58,170 bases of DNA from a virus (IMGVR_UViG_3300028592_000013:1-58170); one strand, 5' to 3'. Counted from the stretch's first letter, positions 44,755-54,148 are shown. The notes: generated by a model not told the origin, from the letters alone. Program-made: numbers and translations.

Positions 44755-45906
44755 ATGGGACACTCGACGAAGTGCGCAACGCCGGAAGAGCTTGAGAGCC
44801 TGAAGCCGTTCGCCACTGAGAACGAGAGGCGGTGTCTTGACGCGCTGATCGCCAACGGTTCGCTTCGCAAGGCCGCGGCTGCAATCGGCAAGAACGAAGG
44901 CTCGTTCAACAGCGCGATTCGGACTGTGCGAGCGCGCGCCGTGGTGCAGCACGGGTGGCGACCCGAAGCCTGGGGACGGGTTGGCTGGAAGACTCTCGCG
45001 GCAGGAGCCCCGGCGCCCTCGGTGGCGCCGCAAGCGCCAGGGCACGGTCAGTCGCCGCGGTCGGCGGCGCAGCCAGCGTCAAAGCCCGCGCGTGCCCCAG
45101 AGCGCCCCCACGTGGCGAGCCGGTCGTTTCGCGACTTCCCGCAGCCGGCAGACTTCGACCGGCCAATGCGCGTGTTCATCATTCCTGATGTTCACGTTCC
45201 TAACCATCACGAGCAAGCCTGGAACACGTGTCTCGCCGCGCTTCATGCGTGGCGCCCGGACCGAGTCGTCATCCTCGGTGACTTCGTTGACGACGCGTGT
45301 GTCAGTTCACACGCCAAGCGTCCCGATCGCTCGAGGCTGCTCAGCGAGGAGATAGACGCGAACAACGTGGAGCTCGATCGCGTCCAGGCCGCAGGCTGCG
45401 AATACGTCGACTTCCTAGAAGGCAACCACTGCGATCGTTTGGCCCGCTACATGGCCGAGAAAGCGCCGGAACTTTACGGCCTTGTTTCGATGCCGGAGCT
45501 GCTCCGCATCAACGAGCGCGGCTGGCGATGGCATCCGTACAAAACGTCGATCAAGATCGGAAAAGTCGTGATGACCCACGACGTCGGCTTCGCGGGCAAG
45601 AACGCCGCCTGGCAGAACCTTGCAGCGACCGGCAAGTCGGTGATCACTGGGCACACGCACTGGGCGACGATGGTCTACCAGGGACACGATGACGGGACAC
45701 GTCACGTCAGCGTGACGGCGGGCTGGCTGGGCGACCCAGAGAAGGCTGCCGACTATCGCCCGCTCGACCGTGCAAGGCGCGAGTGGCAGCACGGCTTCTG
45801 CACTGCAGAAATCGACCGTGACGGTGTGGCATGGGTCAACTTCCGCCCTATCATTGACGGGCGCACCATTATCGACGGGCGCGTAATCCAAGGGAGTTGC
45901 GGATGA
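44755..45906 (+). CDS. calcineurin-like metallophosphoesterase with N-terminal HTH
   Basis: PDVHVP, LGDFVD, EGNHCDR, THD, GHTH, WQHGF; N-terminal GSLRKAAAAIGK. Confidence 0.9.
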   Translation: MGHSTKCATPEELESLKPFATENERRCLDALIANGSLRKAAAAIGKNEGSFNSAIRTVRARAVVQHGWRPEAWGRVGWKTLAAGAPAPSVAPQAPGHGQSPRSAAQPASKPARAPERPHVASRSFRDFPQPADFDRPMRVFIIPDVHVPNHHEQAWNTCLAALHAWRPDRVVILGDFVDDACVSSHAKRPDRSRLLSEEIDANNVELDRVQAAGCEYVDFLEGNHCDRLARYMAEKAPELYGLVSMPELLRINERGWRWHPYKTSIKIGKVVMTHDVGFAGKNAAWQNLAATGKSVITGHTHWATMVYQGHDDGTRHVSVTAGWLGDPEKAADYRPLDRARREWQHGFCTAEIDRDGVAWVNFRPIIDGRTIIDGRVIQGSCG

Positions 45907-46442
45907 AGCGGTGCGGCGCATGTCGGCGCGAACTGGATGCCTCGGCATTCAGTAAACTGAAGTCATCGAAAGACGGGCTCGCGTGGCGCTGTCGCGGCTG
46001 CGATCGGGCAGCGCGGTTGCGCTGGGAGTCCGGCCTGACTGTGCAGCCGCCGAGTGAAAAGTGGTGCGCGGGCTGCGTCTCAACCAAGCTGACGTCCGGA
46101 TTCTATGCCGGCAAGACCAAGCGGCGGAATCCTGATCGAGTTACGGCATCTGAGGAGAAGCGCAGGGCGAGAAAGAAGGGCACCGACTCGACAGGTGTCA
46201 GCGTGAATGAGTGGCGAGCCGTTCTCGATGCGTTCGATCACCGGTGCGCCTACTGCTACACGACAGGAAGAATGAGTATGGACCACTTCCGCCCGCTTGC
46301 GCACGGCGGCAAGCACTCGCCCGACAACGTCGTTCCCGCATGCAGGTCCTGTAACTCCTCCAAGGCCGACGATCTAATCTTCTCCTGGCTACCCCGCTTC
46401 GAGCGCTCCGGCCGTCTAGCGCGCCACGCCAAGGCGGCCTGA
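45903..46442 (+). CDS. HNH endonuclease
   Basis: CAYC...MDHFRPLAHGGKHSPDNVVPACRSCNSSK; N-terminal KRCGAC...DGL...CRGC Zn repeats. Confidence 0.9.
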   Translation: MKRCGACRRELDASAFSKLKSSKDGLAWRCRGCDRAARLRWESGLTVQPPSEKWCAGCVSTKLTSGFYAGKTKRRNPDRVTASEEKRRARKKGTDSTGVSVNEWRAVLDAFDHRCAYCYTTGRMSMDHFRPLAHGGKHSPDNVVPACRSCNSSKADDLIFSWLPRFERSGRLARHAKAA

Positions 46443-46448
46443 GCCCGC

Positions 46449-46973
46449 GTGACCGCCATCGCCGCCATCGAGCACGCCGGGAAAGCCTGGTTTGCCGGTG
46501 ACTCGCACGTCGAGCTCGAGGGGATCCGTGTGCTGCAGCGCGCGCCAAAGGTCTTCCGCCGTGGCCCCGTCGTCATCGGGATCGCTGGCCTAACCGTGTG
46601 GGAAGCGCTCTGGCGGCGCGTCTCATTCGTTCGCCAGCCGGGGCGCGACGTCGAGGCCTGGGTTTTCGGCGAGTTCGCCGAGACGGCGCAGCGCGAGATC
46701 AAGGCGCTTGAGATCGAAGGCGACGACCGCGGCGAATGCGCGGCGCTCATCGGCATCGCCGGCCGCGTCTACTACGTCGAGCACGACGGCAATCCGTGGC
46801 GACCGGCTCACGGCTACTGGGCGATCGGCTCCGGCGCGGAGCTGGCGATTGGCTCGCTCCACACGACGGCTCGGCGGAAGCTCTTGCCGCGCTACCGACT
46901 AAACCTCGCACTTCAGGCTGCGGCGGCTCACTGCACGACTGTGGCGCCGCCTTTTCGTTTTGTCAGCACGTAG
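46449..46973 (+). CDS. HslV/proteasome-beta-like Ntn peptidase
   Basis: N-terminal Thr (MTAIAAI), AGDS, KVF, IGIAG, AIGSGAELAIGSL, ALQAAA. Confidence 0.8.
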   Translation: MTAIAAIEHAGKAWFAGDSHVELEGIRVLQRAPKVFRRGPVVIGIAGLTVWEALWRRVSFVRQPGRDVEAWVFGEFAETAQREIKALEIEGDDRGECAALIGIAGRVYYVEHDGNPWRPAHGYWAIGSGAELAIGSLHTTARRKLLPRYRLNLALQAAAAHCTTVAPPFRFVST

Positions 46974-47065
46974 GGAGAGAGAACGATGAAACACTGCCAA
47001 CACTGCGGCTACGTCGACTGTATCTGCGGGCTCTGCAAGGCGCGCTTTCGATTGCAGGGCGCATC

Positions 47066-47476
47066 TTGAGAGGCTACGCGGATGTGCCAGACGGCCCCAC
47101 CTTCGACGGCATCGAATACCAGCGTTGGGTCGAGCTGCTCTCGCTCTGGCGCGCGCTCGGTCTGCACGACCGGATCGCGCTCTTGAACTTCGCCCGGGAG
47201 CTGAACCGCGGAGGCGAGTCGGCGCGCACCATCGGGCTTGGTGAGGCGCTGGCGGAGGTCGACCGGGTGATCGGAGCCAGCCAGGGCAAGCACCCGTCCA
47301 GCCGCTGGAAGACGTACACCGTCGCGCATCACACCGCAAAACTGATCGGGCACGTGGCGAAGTTTCTGGGCGGCGAGCGCAAGGATCCAGAGTCACGCCG
47401 GCACGCGCTGGCCCACGTTACAGCGCGCGCGCTGATGGCCCTGCAGCTCGAACTCGACGAAGACAAGCGACGCTAG
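47066..47476 (+). CDS. DUF5664-like dATP/dGTP diphosphohydrolase domain protein
   Basis: KHPSSRW...HVAKFLGGERKDPESRRHALAHVTARALMAL. Start uncertain; may join the 46986-47069 CxxC mini-ORF. Confidence 0.6.
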   Translation: MRGYADVPDGPTFDGIEYQRWVELLSLWRALGLHDRIALLNFARELNRGGESARTIGLGEALAEVDRVIGASQGKHPSSRWKTYTVAHHTAKLIGHVAKFLGGERKDPESRRHALAHVTARALMALQLELDEDKRR

Positions 47477-47479
47477 CCC

Positions 47480-48049
47480 ATGCCGTCTGATCGCAAAACC
47501 CCAGTCGTGCCCCGCCCCGGGCCGCGCTTGCCGTTGCCGCCACGAGTGCCGACTGGGCTCGAGCCGGAGGCGCAGAAGGCGGACGAAACGCCAAGGAGCG
47601 CGAACGGCCTCGGCTTCGAATTCAAGGCGAGGAACATCAACCTCGCCGACCTCGGGAAGTTTCTCCTACTGATCCTCGGGCCTCTCCTCGGCCTGTACAA
47701 CGTCGTCGACAAGGCCCCGGCTCCGCAGCTCGAACGCGTCGAGGTCAAGCAAGATGCCACGCGCGAGCGTATCGAGGGGCGTCGCGATCGCGACAGTGGC
47801 GAGCTGAAGACGCCGGGACTCGCCGATCGGCTGGTCGACGCCGAGAAGCGGCTAGCTCGACTCGAGGCGCTGCGTTGCCCGGAGCAACATTTTATCGCCG
47901 CTGCTCTGGGCCGCGCTGGCGTTCACGGCGTCGTCGTCCAAAACTGCGCGGCGCCGGCAGAGATCGAAGCCGTGCCGGACATCGGCATGCCCGGCCGACA
48001 GAAGCCGCGGACCGAGTGGACAATTCGGACGCCGATGCCGGCGCCGTAG
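47480..48049 (+). CDS. membrane protein with coiled coil
   Basis: TM-like FLLLILGPLLGLY followed by LVDAEKRLARLEAL. Confidence 0.65.
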   Translation: MPSDRKTPVVPRPGPRLPLPPRVPTGLEPEAQKADETPRSANGLGFEFKARNINLADLGKFLLLILGPLLGLYNVVDKAPAPQLERVEVKQDATRERIEGRRDRDSGELKTPGLADRLVDAEKRLARLEALRCPEQHFIAAALGRAGVHGVVVQNCAAPAEIEAVPDIGMPGRQKPRTEWTIRTPMPAP

Positions 48050-48115
48050 TAACCACCAACACCATTTCGCCGCCAGCCACTGCCCTAGCAATAGGAGCCA
48101 ACAAGGCGGCATTCC

Positions 48116-48158
48116 AAGGCCGGTCGTTCCTTTCGGGGAGCGGTCGGCCTTTTTCTTT
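48116..48158 (+). terminator. Rho-independent terminator ending the rightward arm
   Basis: AAGGCCGGTCGTTCCT-TTCG-GGGAGCGGTCGGCCTT stem followed by TTTCTTT. Confidence 0.85.
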
Positions 48159-48292
48159 GATCCGCGCCGACTGGGGTTCCCTGCGCGAAATCGCCAGGTG
48201 CAGCCGTGGTCCGCGGGGTGCTACTGAGGGGGCGAGTCCGGGCCACCGGTGACCTCTGACCTCCCGTGGCCACGGGCACCAACCTACACCAC

Positions 48293-48709
48293 TCACTCCG
48301 CCATCTCACACGCCCGCCGAACGTAGTCCGAGTAGCTGATGCCCCTTGCGGCAGCCTTCGCTCGCCACCGGTCCTGGTCGACCTTGGGCGCGCGAACCGG
48401 GATCATCGGGTGCTTGTGCTCGCCGCTCTCGGAGCGTGAGCCGGACGGCGCCGCCGCTCGCGCGAGCCCTCGCTCGACCAGACGCTGAGCGTACGCGCGG
48501 CGGAAGGCGGCTTCCCACGCGGCGGGCATCGAGACGTCCCACGGCGCCTCAGCGATCGCCTCGGACCAGGAGAGCGGCTCACGACGCGACCGGCGGCGGT
48601 CCGCGGCAGCGCGAGCGAGCGCAGGGAGGAAGCGCCCCGGGTCGTCACTGGCGGCGTCGTTCGCGATCACAGCGGTGGCGGAGGGCCGGGCCTGCTTGCG
48701 GGCGGTCAT
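48293..48709 (-). CDS. ribbon-helix-helix DNA-binding protein
   Basis: C-terminal MIPVRAPKVDQDRWRAKAAARGISYSDYVRRACE. Confidence 0.75.
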   Translation of the reverse strand: MTARKQARPSATAVIANDAASDDPGRFLPALARAAADRRRSRREPLSWSEAIAEAPWDVSMPAAWEAAFRRAYAQRLVERGLARAAAPSGSRSESGEHKHPMIPVRAPKVDQDRWRAKAAARGISYSDYVRRACEMAE

Positions 48710-48760
48710 CGTTATCTTCCGGGTAGAGAGCGGCCCCGACCGAAGCCGGGGCCAGTTCGA

Positions 48761-49132
48761 TCAGCGCTTCATCTGATCGCGGTTGTGAGCGCCGAGATTC
48801 GAGCGCAGCATCACGCGCGCCTCGCACGGCTGGATTTGCGGCAGTTCGCCGCGCTTGATGATCTCGCGAAGCGCGATGTGGGCCGAGTCCGGGTCCGAGT
48901 AGCTGTGTCCCGGCAGAGGAAAGAATCCGCGCCCCTTGTCCAGTGCGACGATCCACTCCTCTTTCTCGACGAGCAGCTCGCCCTCAGCGACCGGCGCCGC
49001 CTTGCAGGCTGCCGCGTGGTCGGCGTAGCCCGCCGCTCGGGCCATCGCGTCCAGGGCGCCTTGCTCGCTGGCGGCCTCGTACGTGCCGAGGTCCGCGCCG
49101 GAAATCGTGTTCGTGATATGGTAGTGTTTCAT
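48761..49132 (-). CDS. phage hypothetical protein
   Basis: Strong RBS TAAGGAG; [27 protein letters not shown] motif. Confidence 0.8.
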   Translation of the reverse strand: MKHYHITNTISGADLGTYEAASEQGALDAMARAAGYADHAAACKAAPVAEGELLVEKEEWIVALDKGRGFFPLPGHSYSDPDSAHIALREIIKRGELPQIQPCEARVMLRSNLGAHNRDQMKR

Positions 49133-49162
49133 GGTCGGAATCTCCTTACTAGGTTCTGATTT

Positions 49163-49191
49163 GGCCCCCGTCGGTTACCGCCGCGGGGGCC
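49163..49191. promoter_or_regulatory. GC-rich hairpin in the leader of the 49132 gene
   Basis: GGCCCCCG...CGGGGGCC inverted repeat; a similar GGCCCCG/CGGGGCC hairpin lies at about 48732-48753. Confidence 0.45.
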
Positions 49192-49644
49192 GTTTCGTCT
49201 GCGGCAACGCGCCGTTGACTCCTGATATGTAGCGCACGTGTATAGCCGCGCGCAAGACCCTTGAGACGGTTCTCGGAAGAAAGTCGAAATCGAGCCGGAT
49301 TGATGCTGGATCGTGAGCCGTCGCGGAAAGCACGCAACCCGCGCCCGCGCCGCGCCGACTCCAGCGCATGGGCATGAAGCGGCACTGGGTGATCGAGCCC
49401 CTACCCCACAACCGCCTGCGAGCAGCGCCGGTCGACGTGGCTGGCGAGCTCGTCTGCGTGGGACAGACGGTCGAGGGCGAGAGCTCCGCGGTGCGAGCTT
49501 GGATTCGGGCGAGCGGGCCCCGGCGCTCGCGGAGGCTGGGCAAGCGCCGCCGGCAGTGATACCAGGCCCGCGCTCGGCCGCCGCCGGCACCGTCCCCCCT
49601 GGTCGGCGGCGGCTCGAGCGCTACGTCGAAGCTTGGCCCACTCC

Positions 49645-50310
49645 TCACGGCGGTGATAGGAGCCGCGCCGCCCGGGCCGTGGGAGCTCTCCCGCCCGCCG
49701 CGGCTTCGGGCGTCTCAGGTTCGGCGTAGCGCGGCTCCCACTCGGCGAGTGTCAGGAATACGTTGCCGCCGGCCTCACTGTCGAAGATCCACCAACCGCC
49801 ACACTCGGCGGACAGCCGCCGGAGCTCAGTGCAGTCGAACGTGGTCACGACGCCCATGCCCCACGTGCTCTCCGGCTTGTCCTTCAGGCCCCACAGCGTG
49901 TATTCGCAATCGCTGAGCCAGCCGGCGCAGTAGCATTCCTCGCTGATGTCCGACATCAGGTTGACGAGCAACTTGGCCGCGTCAGCGTTCGAGCCCGCCA
50001 GCTTCGCAGCGTTCGCGGCCTCGCGCTTGCGGTCCTGCTCGTCGTGGGCCGCCACGACGACCTTGGTACGCTCGTCGCGGGCCGCCTGGCATATCGAGCA
50101 CCAGAGCTCAGACACGCCGACCCGAGCGCCACAGTCCCGGCAAGCGCAGCACCATTCGGCGTAGCGGAGGCCCTCCGCGGCAAAGCGGGCAACGTCTTCG
50201 GCGTCGTAGATCACACCGCGCGAGCCGGGGCTTGCCACATGATGGCAGACGCCGCAGGCGTAGGCGTAGACGGTGCCGTCCGGGGAGGTGAGCGGGACAG
50301 GGTTAGCCAT
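49645..50310 (-). CDS. Cys-rich phage hypothetical protein
   Basis: RBS GGAG; several CxxC; LMSDISEECYCAGWL...EYTLW motif. Confidence 0.7.
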   Translation of the reverse strand: MANPVPLTSPDGTVYAYACGVCHHVASPGSRGVIYDAEDVARFAAEGLRYAEWCCACRDCGARVGVSELWCSICQAARDERTKVVVAAHDEQDRKREAANAAKLAGSNADAAKLLVNLMSDISEECYCAGWLSDCEYTLWGLKDKPESTWGMGVVTTFDCTELRRLSAECGGWWIFDSEAGGNVFLTLAEWEPRYAEPETPEAAAGGRAPTARAARLLSPP

Positions 50311-50599
50311 GGTCGTCTCCAGCGACGCTAGTCGCGTTGGGCAGCGGCGCGTGCACGTAGCCTGGGCTGCACCCGCAGTCGTCACAGATCGGGAAGCCGC
50401 AGCGAAACTGGTGGTCCTCGTCGCAGTCGTGCGTGGATGGCTTGCCGCAGCCAGTGCACGGCTTCGGGCTGGCGTCGGGGGCGAGCGCGCCAGCGGGCGT
50501 GTCGAGAGAAGCCGTGCTGGCCGTGGCGCCGCTACCCTGCTTGCAGGCGCGGCACGGGCGCTCGACTCTGATTCGGACCTGGTAGGCGTCGTCGCTCAT
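50303..50599 (-). CDS. Zn-finger hypothetical protein
   Basis: CRAC, CTGC, C...CGFPICDDC. Confidence 0.6.
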   Translation of the reverse strand: MSDDAYQVRIRVERPCRACKQGSGATASTASLDTPAGALAPDASPKPCTGCGKPSTHDCDEDHQFRCGFPICDDCGCSPGYVHAPLPNATSVAGDDHG

Positions 50600-50620
50600 T
50601 GCATCATCCAGGTAGAGGCG

Positions 50621-51121
50621 TTACGCCGCCGTCTTTCGCGACTGCTCGCGGTTGAGTGCCTTTACGGCGTCCAGGCACCATTGCGGACACCAGATCTGCT
50701 TGGGCTCTTCGGGCGCGACCTTCGCCCGGCGCCGGCTGGGCCGATCCTGCGAACCGCCCCGCGTCGTGTAGGCGTAGACCCACCGGGCAGCCTTCAGGCT
50801 CGCGCCGCTCTCGCTCTCGAGAATGGCCGTGAACACGGTCTCAAAGCCCAGCGCCCGGGCGGTCTGGTCGGCGCGGGCGTAGAGAAAGCTGCACACGTTG
50901 GCCGTGCCATCGGCGCAGAGGCGGTTGACCTCGAGATTGACGAGCTGCGGAATCAGCCGCGCCCGCGGCCGCCCCGCGACCATGACCCCGACGAGCTCGC
51001 CAGCCTTGACCGCGCCCACAATGAACCGGTGGCCGTAGACGCGCCCATGGTGGCGATGGTGCGCCAGAATGAAGGCGTTCGCCTGGTCGCGGGTCAGTGG
51101 GATTGCGGTCAGTTCGGTCAT
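50621..51121 (-). CDS. XF1762-family (Mom-related GNAT-like) putative DNA modification protein
   Basis: ANAFILAHHRHH...LVGVMVAGRP.AR...LEVNRLCADGT.N.CSFLY...ILESESGASLKAA.W. Confidence 0.8.
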   Translation of the reverse strand: MTELTAIPLTRDQANAFILAHHRHHGRVYGHRFIVGAVKAGELVGVMVAGRPRARLIPQLVNLEVNRLCADGTANVCSFLYARADQTARALGFETVFTAILESESGASLKAARWVYAYTTRGGSQDRPSRRRAKVAPEEPKQIWCPQWCLDAVKALNREQSRKTAA

Positions 51122-51156
51122 GGTCTTACGCCCGTGGCTCCTGCCTCCAGAGTCGC

Positions 51157-51405
51157 TCAGTACCCTGAGCGGTAATCGGTTTCCTTGTCTGACGGCTTCG
51201 CCCGCCCGGTTGTCTGCTCACGGCCGAGGGCGTACTGCGCCGACTCGAGAGCGTTCCAGCACGTCTGATCCGCTATTCCCTTGAGCGTGTTCTCGTACCG
51301 CTCGAGGCGATCCGCGGCCCTGCGCAGGATGGCGGCTTCCATGTGCAGGCCGTTCCGCTCGACGTGATCGGCTGCGTCTCTCAGGTGTTCTTGGTCGGTT
51401 TTCAT
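51157..51405 (-). CDS. hypothetical protein
   Basis: RBS GAGG; ILRRAADRLE motif. Confidence 0.55.
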   Translation of the reverse strand: MKTDQEHLRDAADHVERNGLHMEAAILRRAADRLERYENTLKGIADQTCWNALESAQYALGREQTTGRAKPSDKETDYRSGY

Positions 51406-51431
51406 GCTGTTACCTCTGCCCGCCAATGGGG

Positions 51432-51749
51432 CTAGATCCTGCCTGTGTGCTTCGCGAAGATGCGGCACGGCTCGCAGTGGCTCTGAAGGTAGATGCCGTG
51501 CGAACAGCATTCTCTTTCGGATGCGGCTCCCGTCTCGGTGACCAGAGCTGCGATCTCAACCCTGCAGTCGCCGCAAACGTGAACCGGGCTCCAGCGGAGC
51601 GGGCCACGCGGGGGCAGCAAGAGCCAGCCCAGCGATTCGGCCTCGGCATCGACGGCCTGCGACGCGACCTCGGGGCTAAGGTCGCAGGCCGTCAGCCTGG
51701 CGTTGCAGGTCATACAGAGGACCTGCACGGTGGTTTTGGGCAGGGACAC
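51432..51749 (-). CDS. Cys-rich hypothetical protein
   Basis: CMTC...GW...CGDC...CSHG...CEPC. Confidence 0.55.
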   Translation of the reverse strand: MSLPKTTVQVLCMTCNARLTACDLSPEVASQAVDAEAESLGWLLLPPRGPLRWSPVHVCGDCRVEIAALVTETGAASERECCSHGIYLQSHCEPCRIFAKHTGRI

Positions 51750-51750
51750 C

Positions 51751-51918
51751 CTAGCGCCCCTGGTGGACTACGGTGGACTGGGTACCGAAGCCGTAGGCTC
51801 CGGTGCGCGCCATCTCGGCGGCGATGAGGGCGGTCACCTCGGCCACGTTACGGCCGTTGATGACAGCCGTGCTGCGGCTGCCGTCGTTGAACTTGAGGGT
51901 GATTGTTTTGGTGATCAT
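51751..51918 (-). CDS. hypothetical protein
   Basis: MITKTITLKFNDG; RBS AGGA. Confidence 0.55.
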   Translation of the reverse strand: MITKTITLKFNDGSRSTAVINGRNVAEVTALIAAEMARTGAYGFGTQSTVVHQGR

Positions 51919-51941
51919 GGGTTCTCGTCCTATTGCCTGAC

Positions 51942-52136
51942 TTAGGTAATGGGGCCAGGCTGCTCGATGCCTCGCGCCAGACGCATGCAATCGACGCCGA
52001 GCTGCAGAACCCTGATTGCTGCGAAATTGTCTTTCAGTCCGAGGACGCCGCGCAACTGTGCCTGCCGCTGCGCGTAGTGCCCTTGATAGAACGCGGCCAT
52101 GCCGAGCGCGTAGACGAAGACACGGTCCCAACTCAT
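51942..52136 (-). CDS. hypothetical protein
   Basis: Coupled ORF MSWDRVFVYALG. Confidence 0.5.
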   Translation of the reverse strand: MSWDRVFVYALGMAAFYQGHYAQRQAQLRGVLGLKDNFAAIRVLQLGVDCMRLARGIEQPGPIT

Positions 52137-52891
52137 GGCGCAAACGTCCGCTTCACGTGCTCCACGCCCGTCCCCCTCTCCGGGCTGGCCTTGCCGGATC
52201 CGTCGCAGTGGTCGCATTCCTGCGTGTCCTGACCGTGCTCGTTCGGCGTCGACCATTCGACGACGACTTCGCCTGAACCGTCGCAGGCGTCACAGGGAGA
52301 AGAGCCGCCAGAACCGTTCGAGGATTTCGAAGGGTTGGGGGCTCCAGCCACCGCTCGATGGGTGATCGGCAAAGTGGCCTCTGGCGCGCTCGTCGAGCAT
52401 GTTTCCTGCTGGATCGGTTGATCGGCGCCCGATCGACGGCCCGCCGAACTATCCGGAATTTCCGGAGGGTTGGCGGCGCTGGACTCCTGGGGCAGCGCAT
52501 TCGCCTCGTCGCGCAGGGCCCGGAGCTTCTCGAGCACCATCTCGCGGATGTCCCTTCCGACGTACAGGTCGACCACTTCGATCGCCGCATTCACCGCGGC
52601 ACGGTGCGCCAGCGCCTTGGCGTTTGCTCGCGACTCACGGAGCGCCTCCTGGGCTGAGGGGGTGGCGCGGTTCCCAATCTCGCGAATCTCCCGGACCAGC
52701 TCGCGCGCCTCCAGCGCCAGGCGCCGCGCATTGGCACACTGTTGCAGCGCGGTGGCGAGCTGGGCTTCCAGGTCCGCGATGTGCGCCTCTGCCGAGCGGA
52801 CGTGGCTCGCAGCGCGCGTCAGCATGTCGGCCGTTTCTCGATCCACACAGACTCGCGCCAGGTCGCCCAGCGCTTCGGGTATGTTGCTCAT
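52133..52891 (-). CDS. coiled-coil protein with C-terminal CxxCxGxG Zn finger (Ea22-like accessory)
   Basis: IADLEAQL, NPPEIPDSS, CDACDGSG...CDHCDGSG. Confidence 0.6.
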   Translation of the reverse strand: MSNIPEALGDLARVCVDRETADMLTRAASHVRSAEAHIADLEAQLATALQQCANARRLALEARELVREIREIGNRATPSAQEALRESRANAKALAHRAAVNAAIEVVDLYVGRDIREMVLEKLRALRDEANALPQESSAANPPEIPDSSAGRRSGADQPIQQETCSTSAPEATLPITHRAVAGAPNPSKSSNGSGGSSPCDACDGSGEVVVEWSTPNEHGQDTQECDHCDGSGKASPERGTGVEHVKRTFAP

Positions 52892-53514
52892 GGCTTCTCC
52901 AGTTCGGCGCGGAGATTGGGTTTCAGCGCCGCCCACTGCTGGCGCCATTCTCGCGCGTCATGTTCTGCGCTCGTGTACTTGCCGTGAGCCTCGAGCTGCT
53001 GAGCGTTGTCGTCGGCGTCCTGGAGTAGCTCCAGCACCGGCGCCAGGATGCGCCGCAGCCCCGCTAGCCGGTCGTTGCAAAGGGAGAGCTCGGTCTCGGC
53101 CTGGGTCGCCCGCTCGTGCTCCGCGTTCAGCTCGAGTTCGACCATCTCGACCAGCTCAGGGAGTGTCTTCGGCTCGGCGCCTAGGTCGTGGTCGAGAACC
53201 TGCGCGATGCCGTGCGCGGCCGCGTCGAGCTCGGCGAGGGCTTCGCTCTCCCGCTCGTGGTACAGGTCGAGCAGCGCCATCAGGTTGTGCTCCGGGCCGG
53301 CAGCGTCGTAGTGGAGCTGGAGGGCGTCCCGCTCCGCCGTGAGCCGCTCGACGTCGGCGAGTGCCGCCAGGCGTTGCTCTGACCGTTCGTCGAGTTCGCG
53401 CTTGAAATGGTCCCGCTCGGCAGTGAGCTGGGAGCTGCCCTGGTGGTAGGGCGCGCGGATCGAGCCGGGCTCTGTTTTCTTGCAGAGGTCACACCGTAGC
53501 AATTCCATGGTCAT
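52888..53514 (-). CDS. coiled-coil hypothetical protein
   Basis: Repeated LTAERD heptads; coupled. Confidence 0.65.
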   Translation of the reverse strand: MTMELLRCDLCKKTEPGSIRAPYHQGSSQLTAERDHFKRELDERSEQRLAALADVERLTAERDALQLHYDAAGPEHNLMALLDLYHERESEALAELDAAAHGIAQVLDHDLGAEPKTLPELVEMVELELNAEHERATQAETELSLCNDRLAGLRRILAPVLELLQDADDNAQQLEAHGKYTSAEHDAREWRQQWAALKPNLRAELEKP

Positions 53515-53711
53515 TCCTTCCTATTGGCTACTTCAGGCAGGGTCGTTTGCAGCGGCCGGTACCACCTGCCCCACCGGCTCGTGCGCTCGTTGAACTTGCA
53601 GTAGGCGCCGCAGATGCGGCACCACAGGAGCTCGCCGAAGCCGATGAAGCGGCGGGCGGGCGCCGGGTGCTGGCATTTGTGCTTCATGAGTTGTCCGGTG
53701 GCTCTGGCCAC
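53511..53711 (-). CDS. small Cys/Trp-rich hypothetical protein
   Basis: CQH...WCRICGA. Start uncertain. Confidence 0.5.
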   Translation of the reverse strand: MARATGQLMKHKCQHPAPARRFIGFGELLWCRICGAYCKFNERTSRWGRWYRPLQTTLPEVANRKE

Positions 53712-53881
53712 CGACCCGGATACAGGACGCGAAACGCCGATACCGACGCGAGCCAGCTCTCATAGCGCTCCGCCAGTCTGCGCAGGCGCGCGCTATTGGT
53801 CTCACGTGCGAGCCTCGTTAGCAGCCACCCCTCCTGCTCGAGGATCAGCGCTGCTTCGGATTCCAGCTCTTCTTTCGTCAT
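53684..53881 (-). CDS. hypothetical protein
   Basis: RBS GGGAGG upstream. Confidence 0.5.
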   Translation of the reverse strand: MTKEELESEAALILEQEGWLLTRLARETNSARLRRLAERYESWLASVSAFRVLYPGRWPEPPDNS

Positions 53882-53918
53882 CTTGGTTCAGCCTCCCTGA
53901 CCCACAGTTGCAGGGGGG

Positions 53919-54110
53919 TTACTTCGTGACCTCTTCGAGCCACGTCAGGATCTGCCGGTTGTAGAACCGGTGCGCGTCCTCGTAGGCGCGTGCTTGCTCG
54001 GGGCTCAGGCACGCGCTGGAGCCACCATGTGACCCGTACTGCGGCGCGCGGTCCGCGTACGCCTTGAGTCGGTTTACGTCAGCGTCCGTCACCATGTAGA
54101 CCTTTGCCAT
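53919..54110 (-). CDS. hypothetical protein
   Basis: RBS AGGAAGGG; MAKVYMVTDAD. Confidence 0.6.
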   Translation of the reverse strand: MAKVYMVTDADVNRLKAYADRAPQYGSHGGSSACLSPEQARAYEDAHRFYNRQILTWLEEVTK

Positions 54111-54148
54111 CTTCGTTCCCTTCCTGCTGGCCCCCTGCACCAGCGCGG

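Noticed and set aside
46986-47069. 27-aa CxxC mini-ORF as a separate regulatory peptide
   Set aside because: Cannot be distinguished from a frameshifted 5' end of the DUF5664-like gene, given other suspected indels.
44755-47476. Z-genome (2-aminoadenine) pathway suggested by the DUF5664-like gene
   Set aside because: No PurZ-like synthetase or phage DNA polymerase in the window.
49368-49559. Small + strand ORF in the leftward arm
   Set aside because: No RBS or recognisable motif; insufficient support to list as a feature.
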